Source: Gammaproteobacteria bacterium
GTDB taxonomy: Bacteria > Pseudomonadota > Gammaproteobacteria > UBA12402
Assembly: GCA_018812595.1 (NCBI GenBank)
Contig: JAHJDF010000012.1
Coordinates: forward strand, 276 to 64,275
Length of the DNA: 64,000 nucleotides
Direction of reading: 5' to 3'
Every line of letters starts with the position of its first letter. Position 1 is the first letter of the stretch. Positions 40,193 through 50,166 of this stretch are shown one piece after another. Below the pieces are notes generated by a model. It was not told the origin of the DNA. It searched no databases and saw nothing but the letters and a program-made list of their open reading frames with translations. The position numbers and the translations under genes were made by a program.

Positions 40193-41071
40193 ATGAAAGG
40201 TATTGTGCTTGCAGGCGGCGCTAATACACGGCTGTACCCCTCCTCATTTTGTATAAGTAAACAATTGCTGCCGATTTATGACAAACCCATGATCTATTAT
40301 CCACTTTCAACGCTTATGCTGGCGGGGATACGAGAAATTCTGATCATTTCTACACCACATGATATTCCACTGTTTAAAAAGTTATTGGGCGATGGATCGC
40401 AGTGGGGCATTTCTTTAAATTATGAAATTCAAGAACAACCAAACGGCATTGCGGAAGCATTTATTATTGGAGAATCCTTTATTGGCCAAGATGCAGTCTG
40501 CTTGATGCTCGGGGATAACATCATTTACGGACACGACCTTCGTAAATCGCTGCCCGACATAAATAAGCCTTTCAAAGGCGCAACCGTTTTTGGCTATCAC
40601 GTCAGCGATCCAGAACGTTACGGGGTTCTCTCTTTCGATAAAGAAGGCAATGTCATCGACATTCTCGAAAAACCGAAAAAAGCGCCATCGAACTATGCGG
40701 TTTCGGGCCTCTATTTTTATAACAACGATGTGGTGCAAATCGCAAAAACGTTAAAACCGTCTGACCGTGGCGAATTAGAAATCACGGACGTCAATCGAGA
40801 ATATCTAAAACGAAAACAATTAAACGCCGTGTTGCTCGGCCGTGGAGTTGCTTGGTTGGATACAGGCACGCACGACTCTCTCTTAGACGCTGCAAATTTT
40901 TTTCATGTCCTAGAACACCGCCAAGGCTTGAAAGTAGGTTGCCCAGAAGAAATTGCTTGGAGAAACGATTTCATTTCGACCGAACAATTACGAAAAATTG
41001 CACAACCTTTAATTAAAAGCGGTTATGGAAAATACTTATTGGATCTCTGTGATGAATGTAATCAAAACTAA
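40193..41071 (+). CDS. rmlA: Glucose-1-phosphate thymidylyltransferase
   Basis: [14 protein letters not shown] and RmlA-wide collinearity. Start set at the internal Met; the track ORF begins at 40184. Confidence 0.9.
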   Translation: MKGIVLAGGANTRLYPSSFCISKQLLPIYDKPMIYYPLSTLMLAGIREILIISTPHDIPLFKKLLGDGSQWGISLNYEIQEQPNGIAEAFIIGESFIGQDAVCLMLGDNIIYGHDLRKSLPDINKPFKGATVFGYHVSDPERYGVLSFDKEGNVIDILEKPKKAPSNYAVSGLYFYNNDVVQIAKTLKPSDRGELEITDVNREYLKRKQLNAVLLGRGVAWLDTGTHDSLLDAANFFHVLEHRQGLKVGCPEEIAWRNDFISTEQLRKIAQPLIKSGYGKYLLDLCDECNQN

Positions 41072-41603
41072 AATTGCTGGCTTATTACTCATTGAACCCA
41101 AAGTGTATGGCGATGCACGAGGCTATTTCTTCGAAAGTTTTAAGCAAGATCGGTATCAAGAAATCGGCATTCAAGGCCCGTTTGTACAGGACAACGTCTC
41201 GCGCTCTAGGCAATATGTCTTGCGAGGGTTGCACCATCAAAAAGAACAAACGCAGGGAAAATTGGTGTATGTCACACGAGGAAGCATTTTCGATGTAGCT
41301 GTCGATATCCGACAAGATTCTGAAACGTTTGGGCAATGGTTCGGTGCAATTTTAGACGATCAAACACATCGTCAGTTGTATATCCCAGAAGGATGTGCAC
41401 ACGGGTTCTGTGTCTTATCTGATGAAGTCGATTTCATTTACAAGTGCACCAATTACTACCACCCAAAGTCTGAACTCTCGATTCGCTGGGACGACCCTAG
41501 TATCGGGATTGATTGGCCGATCGAAACACCGATTCTTTCAGAGAAAGATCAGAACGGACGCTTATTAAATGAGATACCAAAAGATGAACTACCTCTCCTA
41601 TAG
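41052..41603 (+). CDS. rmlC: dTDP-4-dehydrorhamnose 3,5-epimerase
   Basis: [30 protein letters not shown] cupin N-terminus. Start set at the internal Met; the track ORF begins at 41025. Confidence 0.88.
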   Translation: MNVIKTKIAGLLLIEPKVYGDARGYFFESFKQDRYQEIGIQGPFVQDNVSRSRQYVLRGLHHQKEQTQGKLVYVTRGSIFDVAVDIRQDSETFGQWFGAILDDQTHRQLYIPEGCAHGFCVLSDEVDFIYKCTNYYHPKSELSIRWDDPSIGIDWPIETPILSEKDQNGRLLNEIPKDELPLL

Positions 41604-41683
41604 TCATTCCCGCGCATTTCGTCATCCCCCTATTCCTCGTCATTCCCGCGAAAGCGGGAATCCAGTTCTACAGGCATAACACC

Positions 41684-42565
41684 ATGAAAATATTAATCAC
41701 AGGAGCTCAAGGACAACTCGCCTGGGATTTGATCAACGCTCAACAAGCAACGTCTTTTGAATGCATCGGTTTAAGCAGAAAAGAATTAGACATCACTCAC
41801 GAAGACAATATTCAATCCGTACTATCCGAAGTAAAACCAAACACTGTCATCAATGTGGCCGCTTACACACAAGTGGACCGCGCGGAGGAGGAAAAGGATT
41901 TAGCCTTTCAAATTAATGGCCTTGGCCCTCAGTTGTTGGCGAAACAATGCAACACCCGAAACATTCCTCTCATTCATGTCTCAACCAATTACGTGTTTGA
42001 TGGAAAACAAACGCAACCCTATCGAGAAGAAGACCCAACGCATCCGATCAATGTCTATGGAGCCAGTAAGTTAGAAGGTGAAATCCACGTCAAAAATGAA
42101 TGCGCTCAACATATCATTTTAAGAGTGAGCGGACTGTTCGGAAAACACGGAAATAATTTTGTAAAAACGATGTTGCGGTTATTTCAAGAACGTGAGGAAT
42201 TAAATGTGGTGGATGATCAATTCATCTGCCCAACACCGACTTGTGATATTGCAACAAGCATTTGGCAAATCATTGAACGCTTATCTACAGCAACTCAAAA
42301 ACCACAATGGGGCACTTATCATTACAACTCTTCTCCCCCCGTCAGTTGGTACCAATTTACAGAAACTTTATTAGAGATCGCTCGAACACACCGTTCGTTT
42401 CGCATTCAAGCGCTGCACGCAATTTCAACTGATCAATTTAAAACAGCTGCGAAAAGACCACTGAACTCTGTATTAAATTGCGAAAAAATATTTAAAGTTT
42501 TTGGCATCGAACAACGATCGTGGGAACCCGGTCTACGTCAACTCATAGAGGATTTATTAAGATGA
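41684..42565 (+). CDS. rmlD: dTDP-4-dehydrorhamnose reductase
   Basis: MKILITGAQGQLAWDL Rossmann N-terminus, 293 aa. Confidence 0.85.
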   Translation: MKILITGAQGQLAWDLINAQQATSFECIGLSRKELDITHEDNIQSVLSEVKPNTVINVAAYTQVDRAEEEKDLAFQINGLGPQLLAKQCNTRNIPLIHVSTNYVFDGKQTQPYREEDPTHPINVYGASKLEGEIHVKNECAQHIILRVSGLFGKHGNNFVKTMLRLFQEREELNVVDDQFICPTPTCDIATSIWQIIERLSTATQKPQWGTYHYNSSPPVSWYQFTETLLEIARTHRSFRIQALHAISTDQFKTAAKRPLNSVLNCEKIFKVFGIEQRSWEPGLRQLIEDLLR

Positions 42566-43578
42566 CTTTTACACTTCGCAACAAAAGAGTTCTTATCACT
42601 GGAGGGGCAGGCTTCATTGGCAGTAATTTCATACATTTTCTGCTCAATCAAAAAGAACCGCCTGTCATCATTAACTACGATGCACTCACATATGCAGGGA
42701 CGACAAGATATCTCGAGCAAGTGCCGAATAAAGATCGTTACAATTTCGTGCACGGCAACATTTGTGACCACGAACTCGTCAACCGCATACTTCATGAATT
42801 TGAGATCAACACGATCATCCACTTTGCCGCAGAAAGTCATGTGGATCGTTCCATCACAGGACCCGCTGCATTTATTCAAACAAATTTTGTAGGGACTTTT
42901 ACGCTGTTAGAAGCAGCTAGGCAGTATTGGTTGAGCGAAAAGCATTGGACCGAAGATCAATGTCACTTTCATCACATTTCAACGGATGAAGTGTATGGCA
43001 GTTTAAAACGACAAGATCCGGCATTTACAGAAATAACACCATATGCGCCTAACTCTCCGTATTCCGCATCAAAGGCCGGTTCAGATCATTTGGTTCGCGC
43101 GTATTTCCATACATACGGTCTTCCTGTGACGACAACGAATTGCTCTAACAATTACGGTCCATTTCAGCATCCTGAAAAATTCATTCCAACCATCATTCGA
43201 GCCTGTCTTGAACAACGTCCAATTCCTGTTTATGGCGATGGCTCAAACATTCGAGATTGGTTGTATGTCTTAGATCACTGCAAAGGTATTGAATCGGTGA
43301 TTAAGAACGGTCAGCGTGGAGAGACGTATAATATCGGCGGAAATAATGAGCAGAATAATCTGCAAATTGCTCAAACCATTTGTGCATTAATGGATGAAAT
43401 CAAGCCAGTGAACACACCACATAAAAAGCTCATTCAATTCGTAAAAGACCGTCCGGGACACGATTGGCGATATGCGATAGATATAACAAAAATAGCAACG
43501 GAACTCGGTTGGAAACCTGAAGAGACGTTTGAATCGGGTTTAAGGAAGACCATTGAATTTTATTTGAAGGAGTTGTGA
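42562..43578 (+). CDS. rmlB: dTDP-glucose 4,6-dehydratase
   Basis: VLITGGAGFIGSNF and YSASKAGSDHLVRAY (YxxxK) blocks; ATGA overlap with rmlD. Start set at the internal Met; the track ORF begins at 42520. Confidence 0.9.
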   Translation: MTFTLRNKRVLITGGAGFIGSNFIHFLLNQKEPPVIINYDALTYAGTTRYLEQVPNKDRYNFVHGNICDHELVNRILHEFEINTIIHFAAESHVDRSITGPAAFIQTNFVGTFTLLEAARQYWLSEKHWTEDQCHFHHISTDEVYGSLKRQDPAFTEITPYAPNSPYSASKAGSDHLVRAYFHTYGLPVTTTNCSNNYGPFQHPEKFIPTIIRACLEQRPIPVYGDGSNIRDWLYVLDHCKGIESVIKNGQRGETYNIGGNNEQNNLQIAQTICALMDEIKPVNTPHKKLIQFVKDRPGHDWRYAIDITKIATELGWKPEETFESGLRKTIEFYLKEL

Positions 43579-43582
43579 GTGT

Positions 43583-44371
43583 ATGGCGATTGTTACGATA
43601 TTAATTCCTAACTACAAAACCCCGCTGCTAACGAAGTTATGTTTACGTCTTTTAAGGAAAAATTCGAATATCGATCAAGTACGAGTCGTTGTCATTGATA
43701 ATGATTCGCGCGATGAATCGACGACTTATCTACGCTCTTTATCTTGGATTGATTTGATTGAACGTCCATCGACGGACGACGACACCCCCTCTTTATCACA
43801 TTCCCGCGCGTTAGATTTAGCGCTCGAACAAGTGACCACCCCTTATGTGCTTGTGATGCACACCGACACGATGGTCACCGATCCGAAATGGCTTGATTTT
43901 TTAATTCATCAAATAGAAAGCAATGAAAACATTGCAGGGGTAGGTTCTTGGAAGCTTGAAAATAAAACGTTGATACAACGCGCGGGAAAATGGATAGAAA
44001 GTCTGGTCGCTCGAATCAAAAATCTGTTTAAACAAGAAAAGTCTCAAAAAGAGGAGCCTTATCTACGCAGTCATTGCGCCCTTTATCGCATGGATGTGAT
44101 TCGTAAATTGAATTTGTCGTTTTCGCAAGATAAACAAACGGCCGGGAAAGCGATGCATTATCGTTTTATTGAAAACGGCTATCGCATGGTGTTTCTATCG
44201 CCCAAAGAATTGGGTCAATACATGGAGCACATCAATCACTCCACAATGGTGTTAAACCCTTCCTTAAGCTCGCGCACAAAAAGTGTAGCGAAAGGACAAA
44301 AGCGCATCCAAAAAGCCTTCGAACGCCTAAATGCAGAAAAGATTCTGAACGACGATTCACTCGATCATTAA
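43583..44371 (+). CDS. Family 2 glycosyltransferase
   Basis: IPNYKT...VIDNDSRDES GT-A N-terminus. Confidence 0.7.
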   Translation: MAIVTILIPNYKTPLLTKLCLRLLRKNSNIDQVRVVVIDNDSRDESTTYLRSLSWIDLIERPSTDDDTPSLSHSRALDLALEQVTTPYVLVMHTDTMVTDPKWLDFLIHQIESNENIAGVGSWKLENKTLIQRAGKWIESLVARIKNLFKQEKSQKEEPYLRSHCALYRMDVIRKLNLSFSQDKQTAGKAMHYRFIENGYRMVFLSPKELGQYMEHINHSTMVLNPSLSSRTKSVAKGQKRIQKAFERLNAEKILNDDSLDH

Positions 44372-44387
44372 GAAAATTCTCCACAAC

Positions 44388-44456
44388 GTAGAGACGCGAT
44401 TCATCGCGCCTCAAGACATACACCGAGAAAAGACGCGATAAATCGCGTCTCTACGT
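44388..44456. terminator. Nested palindromes of the GAGACGCGATnAATCGCGTCTCTACG family between convergent GT2 genes (probable bidirectional terminator)
   Basis: cgtagagacgcgattcatcgcgcctc ... agacgcgataaatcgcgtctctacg followed by ttt. Outer 14-bp arms are complementary. Confidence 0.45.
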
Positions 44457-44476
44457 TTGAGATTGCAACAAGCCTT

Positions 44477-45379
44477 CTATTTTTTATGAGCAAGAAACTC
44501 TCGATTGATATCTCGGATGGCGCGATAGCGGGATTGGGATTCGGGGGAGGGGGAAAGATGGAGGAAAGATCGAAGTTGGTGGAAAAACAAACGCATTGAG
44601 GTTAATCGAAGTTCTCGTGTTAACAACGTCACCACATCGGCAGGGCTGAAATGTTTTTCGTAGAAAAGGATCAAGGCTTTTTGTTTTTTGCAGGCTAATT
44701 CATACGATGTTGTTTTTTGTTCACTGCCTGCATCGTAATGTTCTACGGTGACTTCGGGACAATAACCAATTTCATAGCCTAATTTTCTGACTCGTAAACA
44801 AAGGTCTTCGTCTTCGCCGTATAAAAAGAAATCTGGATCAAATCCTTTGATCTCATCAAATAGATGTTTTGGGATTGCCATAGATGCGCCAATCACCCAC
44901 GCGATCGAACCTTTTAATGATTTGAAAGAATCTTTGAATATTTTTTCACCGGTGTGCCGCGTCTTAGGGTACGTCTCAGCTTCACCACGAGAGCTCACAA
45001 TGCGAGTTCCTACCACACCAAACTGTGGGTGCTGTTCCAAAAAATCAACTAAGCGTTTTAATGCCTCTTTTTCGGATAAATAGGCATCGGGATTTAATAG
45101 ATAAAGAAATTTTCCACTCGCGTGTTGTGCCGCTAAGTTATTGGCTCTTCCGAACCCTAGGTTTTCGGGGCTTTTGATTAATTTTATTTTTGGCTGGATT
45201 CCCGCCTTCGCGGGAATGACGTTCGCATATTCCTCTAGGATTTGGACGCTTTGATCGTGGCTGGCGTTGTCTACAATGATCAATTCAAAATCAACGCGTT
45301 CTTGTTCCAAGACAGATTCAATACAGCGACGAATCAAATCGCCTGTATTGTAATTAACGATTATGACACTCACGTCCAT
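44477..45379 (-). CDS. Family 2 glycosyltransferase carrying an in-frame REP insertion
   Basis: MDVSVIIVNYNTGDL N-terminus and a GT-A fold. Codons NVIPAKAGIQPKIK are encoded by the REP ggctggattcccgccttcgcgggaatgacgtt at about 45180..45230, just upstream of the conserved SPENLGFGRANN block. Confidence 0.75.
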   Translation of the reverse strand: MDVSVIIVNYNTGDLIRRCIESVLEQERVDFELIIVDNASHDQSVQILEEYANVIPAKAGIQPKIKLIKSPENLGFGRANNLAAQHASGKFLYLLNPDAYLSEKEALKRLVDFLEQHPQFGVVGTRIVSSRGEAETYPKTRHTGEKIFKDSFKSLKGSIAWVIGASMAIPKHLFDEIKGFDPDFFLYGEDEDLCLRVRKLGYEIGYCPEVTVEHYDAGSEQKTTSYELACKKQKALILFYEKHFSPADVVTLLTRELRLTSMRLFFHQLRSFLHLSPSPESQSRYRAIRDINREFLAHKK

Positions 45380-45408
45380 AACATTTCCTCAAATTCATCA
45401 TGCTTTGA

Positions 45409-45435
45409 AGACGCGATAAACTGCGTCTCTACGTT
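45409..45435. repeat. Palindrome of the GAGACGCGATnAATCGCGTCTCTACG family
   Basis: gaagacgcgataaactgcgtctctacg. Confidence 0.7.
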
Positions 45436-45498
45436 CTACATAGATTCTGCCATACATCCAACTTAAAGAACGTTTCAAGGTTCTTCTCTTAAATCTCT

Positions 45499-46962
45499 CT
45501 ATAAAGAATAAAAAATCTCCTGAAGCGTTGAATCTTTCAGATTCATTAAAAATCGTCTTTTGTCTTTTTCTAATGCTCGTAATAAGCGTTTTTGTCCTGT
45601 AAGACGTTTTATACTGTCTAGATCAATCATAAAAACTTTCTGATCGTGCACAATGAAATTGCTGGCTTTCATGTCGCCGTGAGTCAGTTTCAATCGTAAG
45701 AAACAATCAAAAATTATTTTTATCTGCTGCAATATCCTTTGTTTTTGCTCAAGAGAAATCTTGTGTTCAAGATATCGATTCAATAAATCCCCTGATACAA
45801 ATTCAGACACGTAATAAGCCTTTCCTCTGAAAATTCCATACCGCTTTTCGATCAATGCAACCGGCTTTGGCAACGGCATGCGATACAACTCCAATCGATG
45901 TGCATTTTTCCAATATTGCGCAGCGCGAGTGCTTCGAAAGAAACGGTTCAATCGATGCAGCCAATTTTTGATGTTGTACCGCTTTACAACAAACAAACGC
46001 CCATCGATCGAAACTTTCGAAACCGTACACGTATTGCCGTCTTTCAAGCATTCTCCTTTATCCATCCAAAAATCAGGCGCATTCAGAAAGGAAATAAACT
46101 CAGGAGATACATATTCTTTGCGACACACATAATGAAAATGCTTGTTTTTCCCAGCACGAAATAACGTCGCATTTCTAAAGATCTTTTTTAACTTTTCTTT
46201 TTCTCTCTTTAAACGAGAAAGATATTGCCAATGTTCTAACTGACGCACCCAATCTGCTTTTTTATCGTACGTGTTTAAATCTTTTCTTCCCTGCAAATAA
46301 ACATCCAATAGCTTTTCCAGCTTGTCATCAGCGGTGGGCGACAATTGCGCCAACAATTCCCCTAAATTCTTAAGGCAATCGGCCATAGGAAGAGGCATGC
46401 CTTTCTGCCTAACCTCTTGTGAATCTAGAACAAACAAACCCTCTTGCGTGGCAAGGTAATTGTGAGGATGCAGATCGCTGTGCAACAACCCCTTGGCATG
46501 TTGCAACGCCAATTGCTGAATAAAAGGCTCCGCATTGGTCGCAAAAAATAAATCATCGGCATCGATTGTTTGTTTAAGGTATTTAAACAAGATGACAAAG
46601 AGATGATTAGAACCCTCCGAATATAAAATCTCAGGGGTTCTTATGTGATGTTTTTCTAAAAGCCTTGTACCCCGAAGAGTCTCCTGGAAATATCGTTCCG
46701 CTCGACGCGTTCCAAAATAAATCTTTCCAACGACGGGCATCCCTTTCCATCTTCCTTTAACAACCATTCTTTTGTTCGGAAGCATTCGCAAAATTTCTTC
46801 ACAAAGCAGCGTTTGATCGCCCAAGGCAACAGAAAAAGGAGCTCGTATATCGGGTCTCAATTGTTTCGCATCGGAAATCAAAATCATTGAATCGCTCGTT
46901 TCTTGAAAAGTTGTTCGGCTCTCTTTTTGACGGTCAACCAAAAAGATCGTTCTAAAGGCCAT
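45499..46962 (-). CDS. LPS-core kinase-like protein with two tandem Kdo/WaaP-type kinase-like domains
   Basis: N-terminal half has LHSDLHPHNYL; C-terminal half has THGDMKASNFIVHDQKVFMIDLD (HxDxxxxN Brenner-type catalytic motifs). The true start may be the internal Met at about 46887 (ATGA overlap with the upstream gene). Confidence 0.6.
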   Translation of the reverse strand: MAFRTIFLVDRQKESRTTFQETSDSMILISDAKQLRPDIRAPFSVALGDQTLLCEEILRMLPNKRMVVKGRWKGMPVVGKIYFGTRRAERYFQETLRGTRLLEKHHIRTPEILYSEGSNHLFVILFKYLKQTIDADDLFFATNAEPFIQQLALQHAKGLLHSDLHPHNYLATQEGLFVLDSQEVRQKGMPLPMADCLKNLGELLAQLSPTADDKLEKLLDVYLQGRKDLNTYDKKADWVRQLEHWQYLSRLKREKEKLKKIFRNATLFRAGKNKHFHYVCRKEYVSPEFISFLNAPDFWMDKGECLKDGNTCTVSKVSIDGRLFVVKRYNIKNWLHRLNRFFRSTRAAQYWKNAHRLELYRMPLPKPVALIEKRYGIFRGKAYYVSEFVSGDLLNRYLEHKISLEQKQRILQQIKIIFDCFLRLKLTHGDMKASNFIVHDQKVFMIDLDSIKRLTGQKRLLRALEKDKRRFLMNLKDSTLQEIFYSL

Positions 46963-47609
46963 ATCGTGCGTAAAGAAGAGTGTCTATACGCTTTCATAAA
47001 ACGAAAAAGATCATTTCGTGTCAGCGTGATGTTCATGCTTGAAAAATAAAGCCCTGCAAGATCTTTAATGAGCCATCGCTCCGGCACTTTCTTTCTGATC
47101 TGTGCACGATGCAAATCGATCACATAAATAGGCATCAATGGGTCAAATTCTTTTCGTTCGTCCATCAGGAAATGCAAAAGGTAACAATCGCGGTGATTCA
47201 ACCCGCTTGCATGCATACGAGAAACAATTTCAGCAATTCTTTTGATCAACCGATATTTTGTATTGAAGGGCACGCCCGTTTGTTTCCACTGCAACAACAG
47301 GTCATTCACACTGCACGTATGCGTTAATGCTTCTAAAATAATAAACGACTGGATTTTGGCTGGATTCCAGCCTCGATAACCCACACCGAACACTTTCGGA
47401 ACGGACACTCCTGCACGCTCCAAATGACAGATGGCTCGATATTCATCTTTCGTACTTAAAATCGGTTTTTGTAATTTGAACAACGATTTAAAAATTTCTT
47501 TCCAACCCACACCCCAATGGCGTTTGATGAAATACTGCTTATTTTTAAGGGTGATACGTAAAGTCTCTCTCGACTCCACTTTTCTATAAGTAGTGCCTTT
47601 GACATGCAT
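46884..47609 (-). CDS. WaaP/InaA-family LPS core heptose kinase-like protein
   Basis: LNHRDCYLLHFLMDE ... YVIDLHRAQI matches the WaaP catalytic region (HRDCYICHFLL). Start set at the internal Met because a palindrome occupies 47623..47649; the track ORF begins at 47699. Confidence 0.7.
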   Translation of the reverse strand: MHVKGTTYRKVESRETLRITLKNKQYFIKRHWGVGWKEIFKSLFKLQKPILSTKDEYRAICHLERAGVSVPKVFGVGYRGWNPAKIQSFIILEALTHTCSVNDLLLQWKQTGVPFNTKYRLIKRIAEIVSRMHASGLNHRDCYLLHFLMDERKEFDPLMPIYVIDLHRAQIRKKVPERWLIKDLAGLYFSSMNITLTRNDLFRFMKAYRHSSLRTIWPLERSFWLTVKKRAEQLFKKRAIQ

Positions 47610-47622
47610 TAATACATCAAAA

Positions 47623-47649
47623 GGAGACGCAATAAATCGCGTCTCTACG
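47623..47649. terminator. Palindrome ggagacgcaataaatcgcgtctctacg immediately downstream of ftsZ
   Basis: Same family as 44388, 45409 and 12663; follows the ftsZ stop. Confidence 0.4.
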
Positions 47650-47705
47650 TTTTCGAGGGAAGATAAATGAAAGAGAGGAGATAAATTGATATACGACATG
47701 AGAAA

Positions 47706-48866
47706 TTAATTAGAAGCCTCTTCTTCCTCTTCTTTTCTACGAAGGAAAGCAGGAATGTCTAAATACTCGATATCTTGTTTTAAAGCGTCGGCCGTTCTTG
47801 GGGAAACCGTGCCTTGTTTACGAATCACGGTAGGACGTTCCAGTTGTTGGTAATCCCATGACCCGTCTGATTTCGTGTTTTCAACAATGGTGTTAGCAGG
47901 TGCGATCTGATCGTTGCCTAAACCTGTGACGACAATAGTGACACGCATTTCATCTACTAATTCAGGATCAATTACGGTACCTACTACAACGGTAGCTGAT
48001 TCGGAGCTAAAGCTTTTCACCACATCACCCACTTCTTCAAATTCGCCAATCGACATATCTAGGCCGGCTGTGATGTTAACTAACACACCTTTAGCGCCAG
48101 CAAAATTTACATCTTCTAGAAGGGGGCTTGAGATAGCAGCTTCTGCAGCTTCTCTCGCTCTGTTTTCACCACGAGCAACGCCGGTACCCATCATAGCCAT
48201 ACCCATTTCTTGCATCACTGTACGAACATCGGCGAAGTCGACGTTGATTAATCCAGGACGAGTAATTAATTCTGAAATTCCCTGGACAGCGCCTAAAAGC
48301 ACATTGTTCACGGCTCTAAAAGCATCTAATAAGGTAATGCCTTTCCCAAGCACACTCAGCAATTTATTGTTTGGAATGGTGATCAAAGAATCCACATATT
48401 GAGCTAATTCACGAATACCTTCTTCCGCCACATCGAATCGACGACGTCCTTCAAAGGCAAAGGGTTTAGTTACTACAGCAACAGTTAAAACACCCATGTC
48501 TTTTGCGATTTGCGCAACAATTGGTGCAGCTCCAGTGCCTGTACCGCCGCCCATCCCGGCAGTAATAAAGACCATGTCCGAACCTTCTAAAATTTCTTTA
48601 ATACGCTCACGATCTTCTTCCGCAGCTTGACGACCAATCAAAGGATCCGCGCCTGCGCCTAATCCTTTCGTCACCTCTACACCGAGTTGAAGCAAAGTAC
48701 GAGCATGTGCATTTTTCAACGCTTGGGCATCTGTATTCGCGCAAATAAAATCAACGCCTTCGATTGATTCCGTCAACATATGCTCAACGGCATTCCCTCC
48801 ACCGCCACCTACACCAAACACTTTAATGACAGCACTTTGTGGAAAATTATCGACTAATTCAAACAT
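47706..48866 (-). CDS. ftsZ: Cell division GTPase FtsZ
   Basis: MFELVDN...[24 protein letters not shown] tubulin signature and a conserved C-terminal peptide (DIPAFLRRK). Start set at the Met giving canonical length; the track ORF extends to 48908. Confidence 0.95.
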   Translation of the reverse strand: MFELVDNFPQSAVIKVFGVGGGGGNAVEHMLTESIEGVDFICANTDAQALKNAHARTLLQLGVEVTKGLGAGADPLIGRQAAEEDRERIKEILEGSDMVFITAGMGGGTGTGAAPIVAQIAKDMGVLTVAVVTKPFAFEGRRRFDVAEEGIRELAQYVDSLITIPNNKLLSVLGKGITLLDAFRAVNNVLLGAVQGISELITRPGLINVDFADVRTVMQEMGMAMMGTGVARGENRAREAAEAAISSPLLEDVNFAGAKGVLVNITAGLDMSIGEFEEVGDVVKSFSSESATVVVGTVIDPELVDEMRVTIVVTGLGNDQIAPANTIVENTKSDGSWDYQQLERPTVIRKQGTVSPRTADALKQDIEYLDIPAFLRRKEEEEEASN

Positions 48867-49185
48867 CGCAGCATGCTCCATAGCTAACTTAAATCCCCAA
48901 AAGAACAATAGGGGCTTATCTTTTGGGCCAGCAATCTATCATTTCTAAATACCAAACTTAATAACAATTTAAAGTATTTAACCGTAGGTAAAAACCGGCT
49001 TAACACATATAAGAATTGTAAAGATAAAACCATTGAATGCCCCGAAGGGACAGGAGTTGCTTGATTTTCCGTTTCAATATTTCTGTCAACGAATTACTTA
49101 ACACACACAAGGATGACAAATATGTAGTATTTTCTTAAAAACAATATGCCAAAAATTACTGAATAATAAAAAAGGAGGCCGTGTT

Positions 49186-50166
49186 GTGTTTAAAAAATTA
49201 ACTAATTTGCCAAAACGGTTCGATCAAATAATGGAGAACTTAAGCAATAGTATAGGTAAACGTGGTAGCAAAATTTCTGTCTTAAGAAAATTGGATGAAT
49301 TCTTCGGAGATGAATTGTTAGAAAATCATCATGGTAATTATCCGAATTTAAAGTCTCCTTTAAAAACAGGAATACTAGCTACACTTGTTACTTTGTTTGG
49401 CTTTTCAGGAATCGGCATTCCTCTCGCTTCAGTTATTGGAACAATAGTAGGCACACTGTTAACTCCAACAACACCATTCCTTGGTGGAGCAATTGGTTTT
49501 GTGATAGGTGCAACAGCAGGCACTGTAACTGCTGGATTCATGACGCTTCTAATAACCGGCTTTCCTGCCTTAAGTGCTGTTGGTTTTCTAAGCCTGTTTG
49601 CTTCTACAGGTGTCCTTGGAGCAGCTGTATCCTTTCCTATTCGTTTTGCATCCGCACTAATAGAATCTGCTGTGGTCATGACACGCGGCGTTTATAAAGC
49701 GGTAGAAAATATAGTTGATGCAATATCAATCAAGAATAAATGGATAAAAGGGATCGCAACGGCGCTACTAACCCCAATAGCATTAACAACTTTTGCTCCT
49801 GTTGCAGCCGTATCCACAGTTGCAAAAGCATTAGGTCTAACGGGGCGTAGTTTATATTTCATGTTTAAAAAACTGACGAAACCCGACTCCAGTTCTGAAG
49901 AACCTGGCCTTAAAATTGGTTTAAATCCTTTACCAACGTGGACGTGGTCTGAAATAACAAAAAGAACATTATTAACTGAAGAGCGATTACCCATAGAGGT
50001 TTTATTCTCTACTACTAAGAAAGAAGTGAGCCAATTTCCAAGAGGAGCTGTATTGAATTTATTCCCTAAAAAATACAAACCGTTCATACCGCTTACTATC
50101 GAGGAAATAAAAACAGACGAAGATATACCATCAGAGGAAGGGCCATATCATGTACTTGAAAATTGA
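49186..50166 (+). CDS. Hypothetical glycine-zipper-rich membrane protein (326 aa) between ftsZ and ftsA
   Basis: GTG start 8 nt after GGAGG. Central hydrophobic stretch of about 160 aa rich in GxxxG/AxxxG repeats, with hydrophilic N- and C-terminal regions. No homology recognised. Confidence 0.55.
   Translation: MFKKLTNLPKRFDQIMENLSNSIGKRGSKISVLRKLDEFFGDELLENHHGNYPNLKSPLKTGILATLVTLFGFSGIGIPLASVIGTIVGTLLTPTTPFLGGAIGFVIGATAGTVTAGFMTLLITGFPALSAVGFLSLFASTGVLGAAVSFPIRFASALIESAVVMTRGVYKAVENIVDAISIKNKWIKGIATALLTPIALTTFAPVAAVSTVAKALGLTGRSLYFMFKKLTKPDSSSEEPGLKIGLNPLPTWTWSEITKRTLLTEERLPIEVLFSTTKKEVSQFPRGAVLNLFPKKYKPFIPLTIEEIKTDEDIPSEEGPYHVLEN

Noticed and set aside
48867-49185. Specific -35/-10 assignment for a new ftsZ promoter (TTGACA on the minus strand near 49093)
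   Set aside because: The -10 match is poor; a promoter must exist here but cannot be placed confidently from sequence alone.
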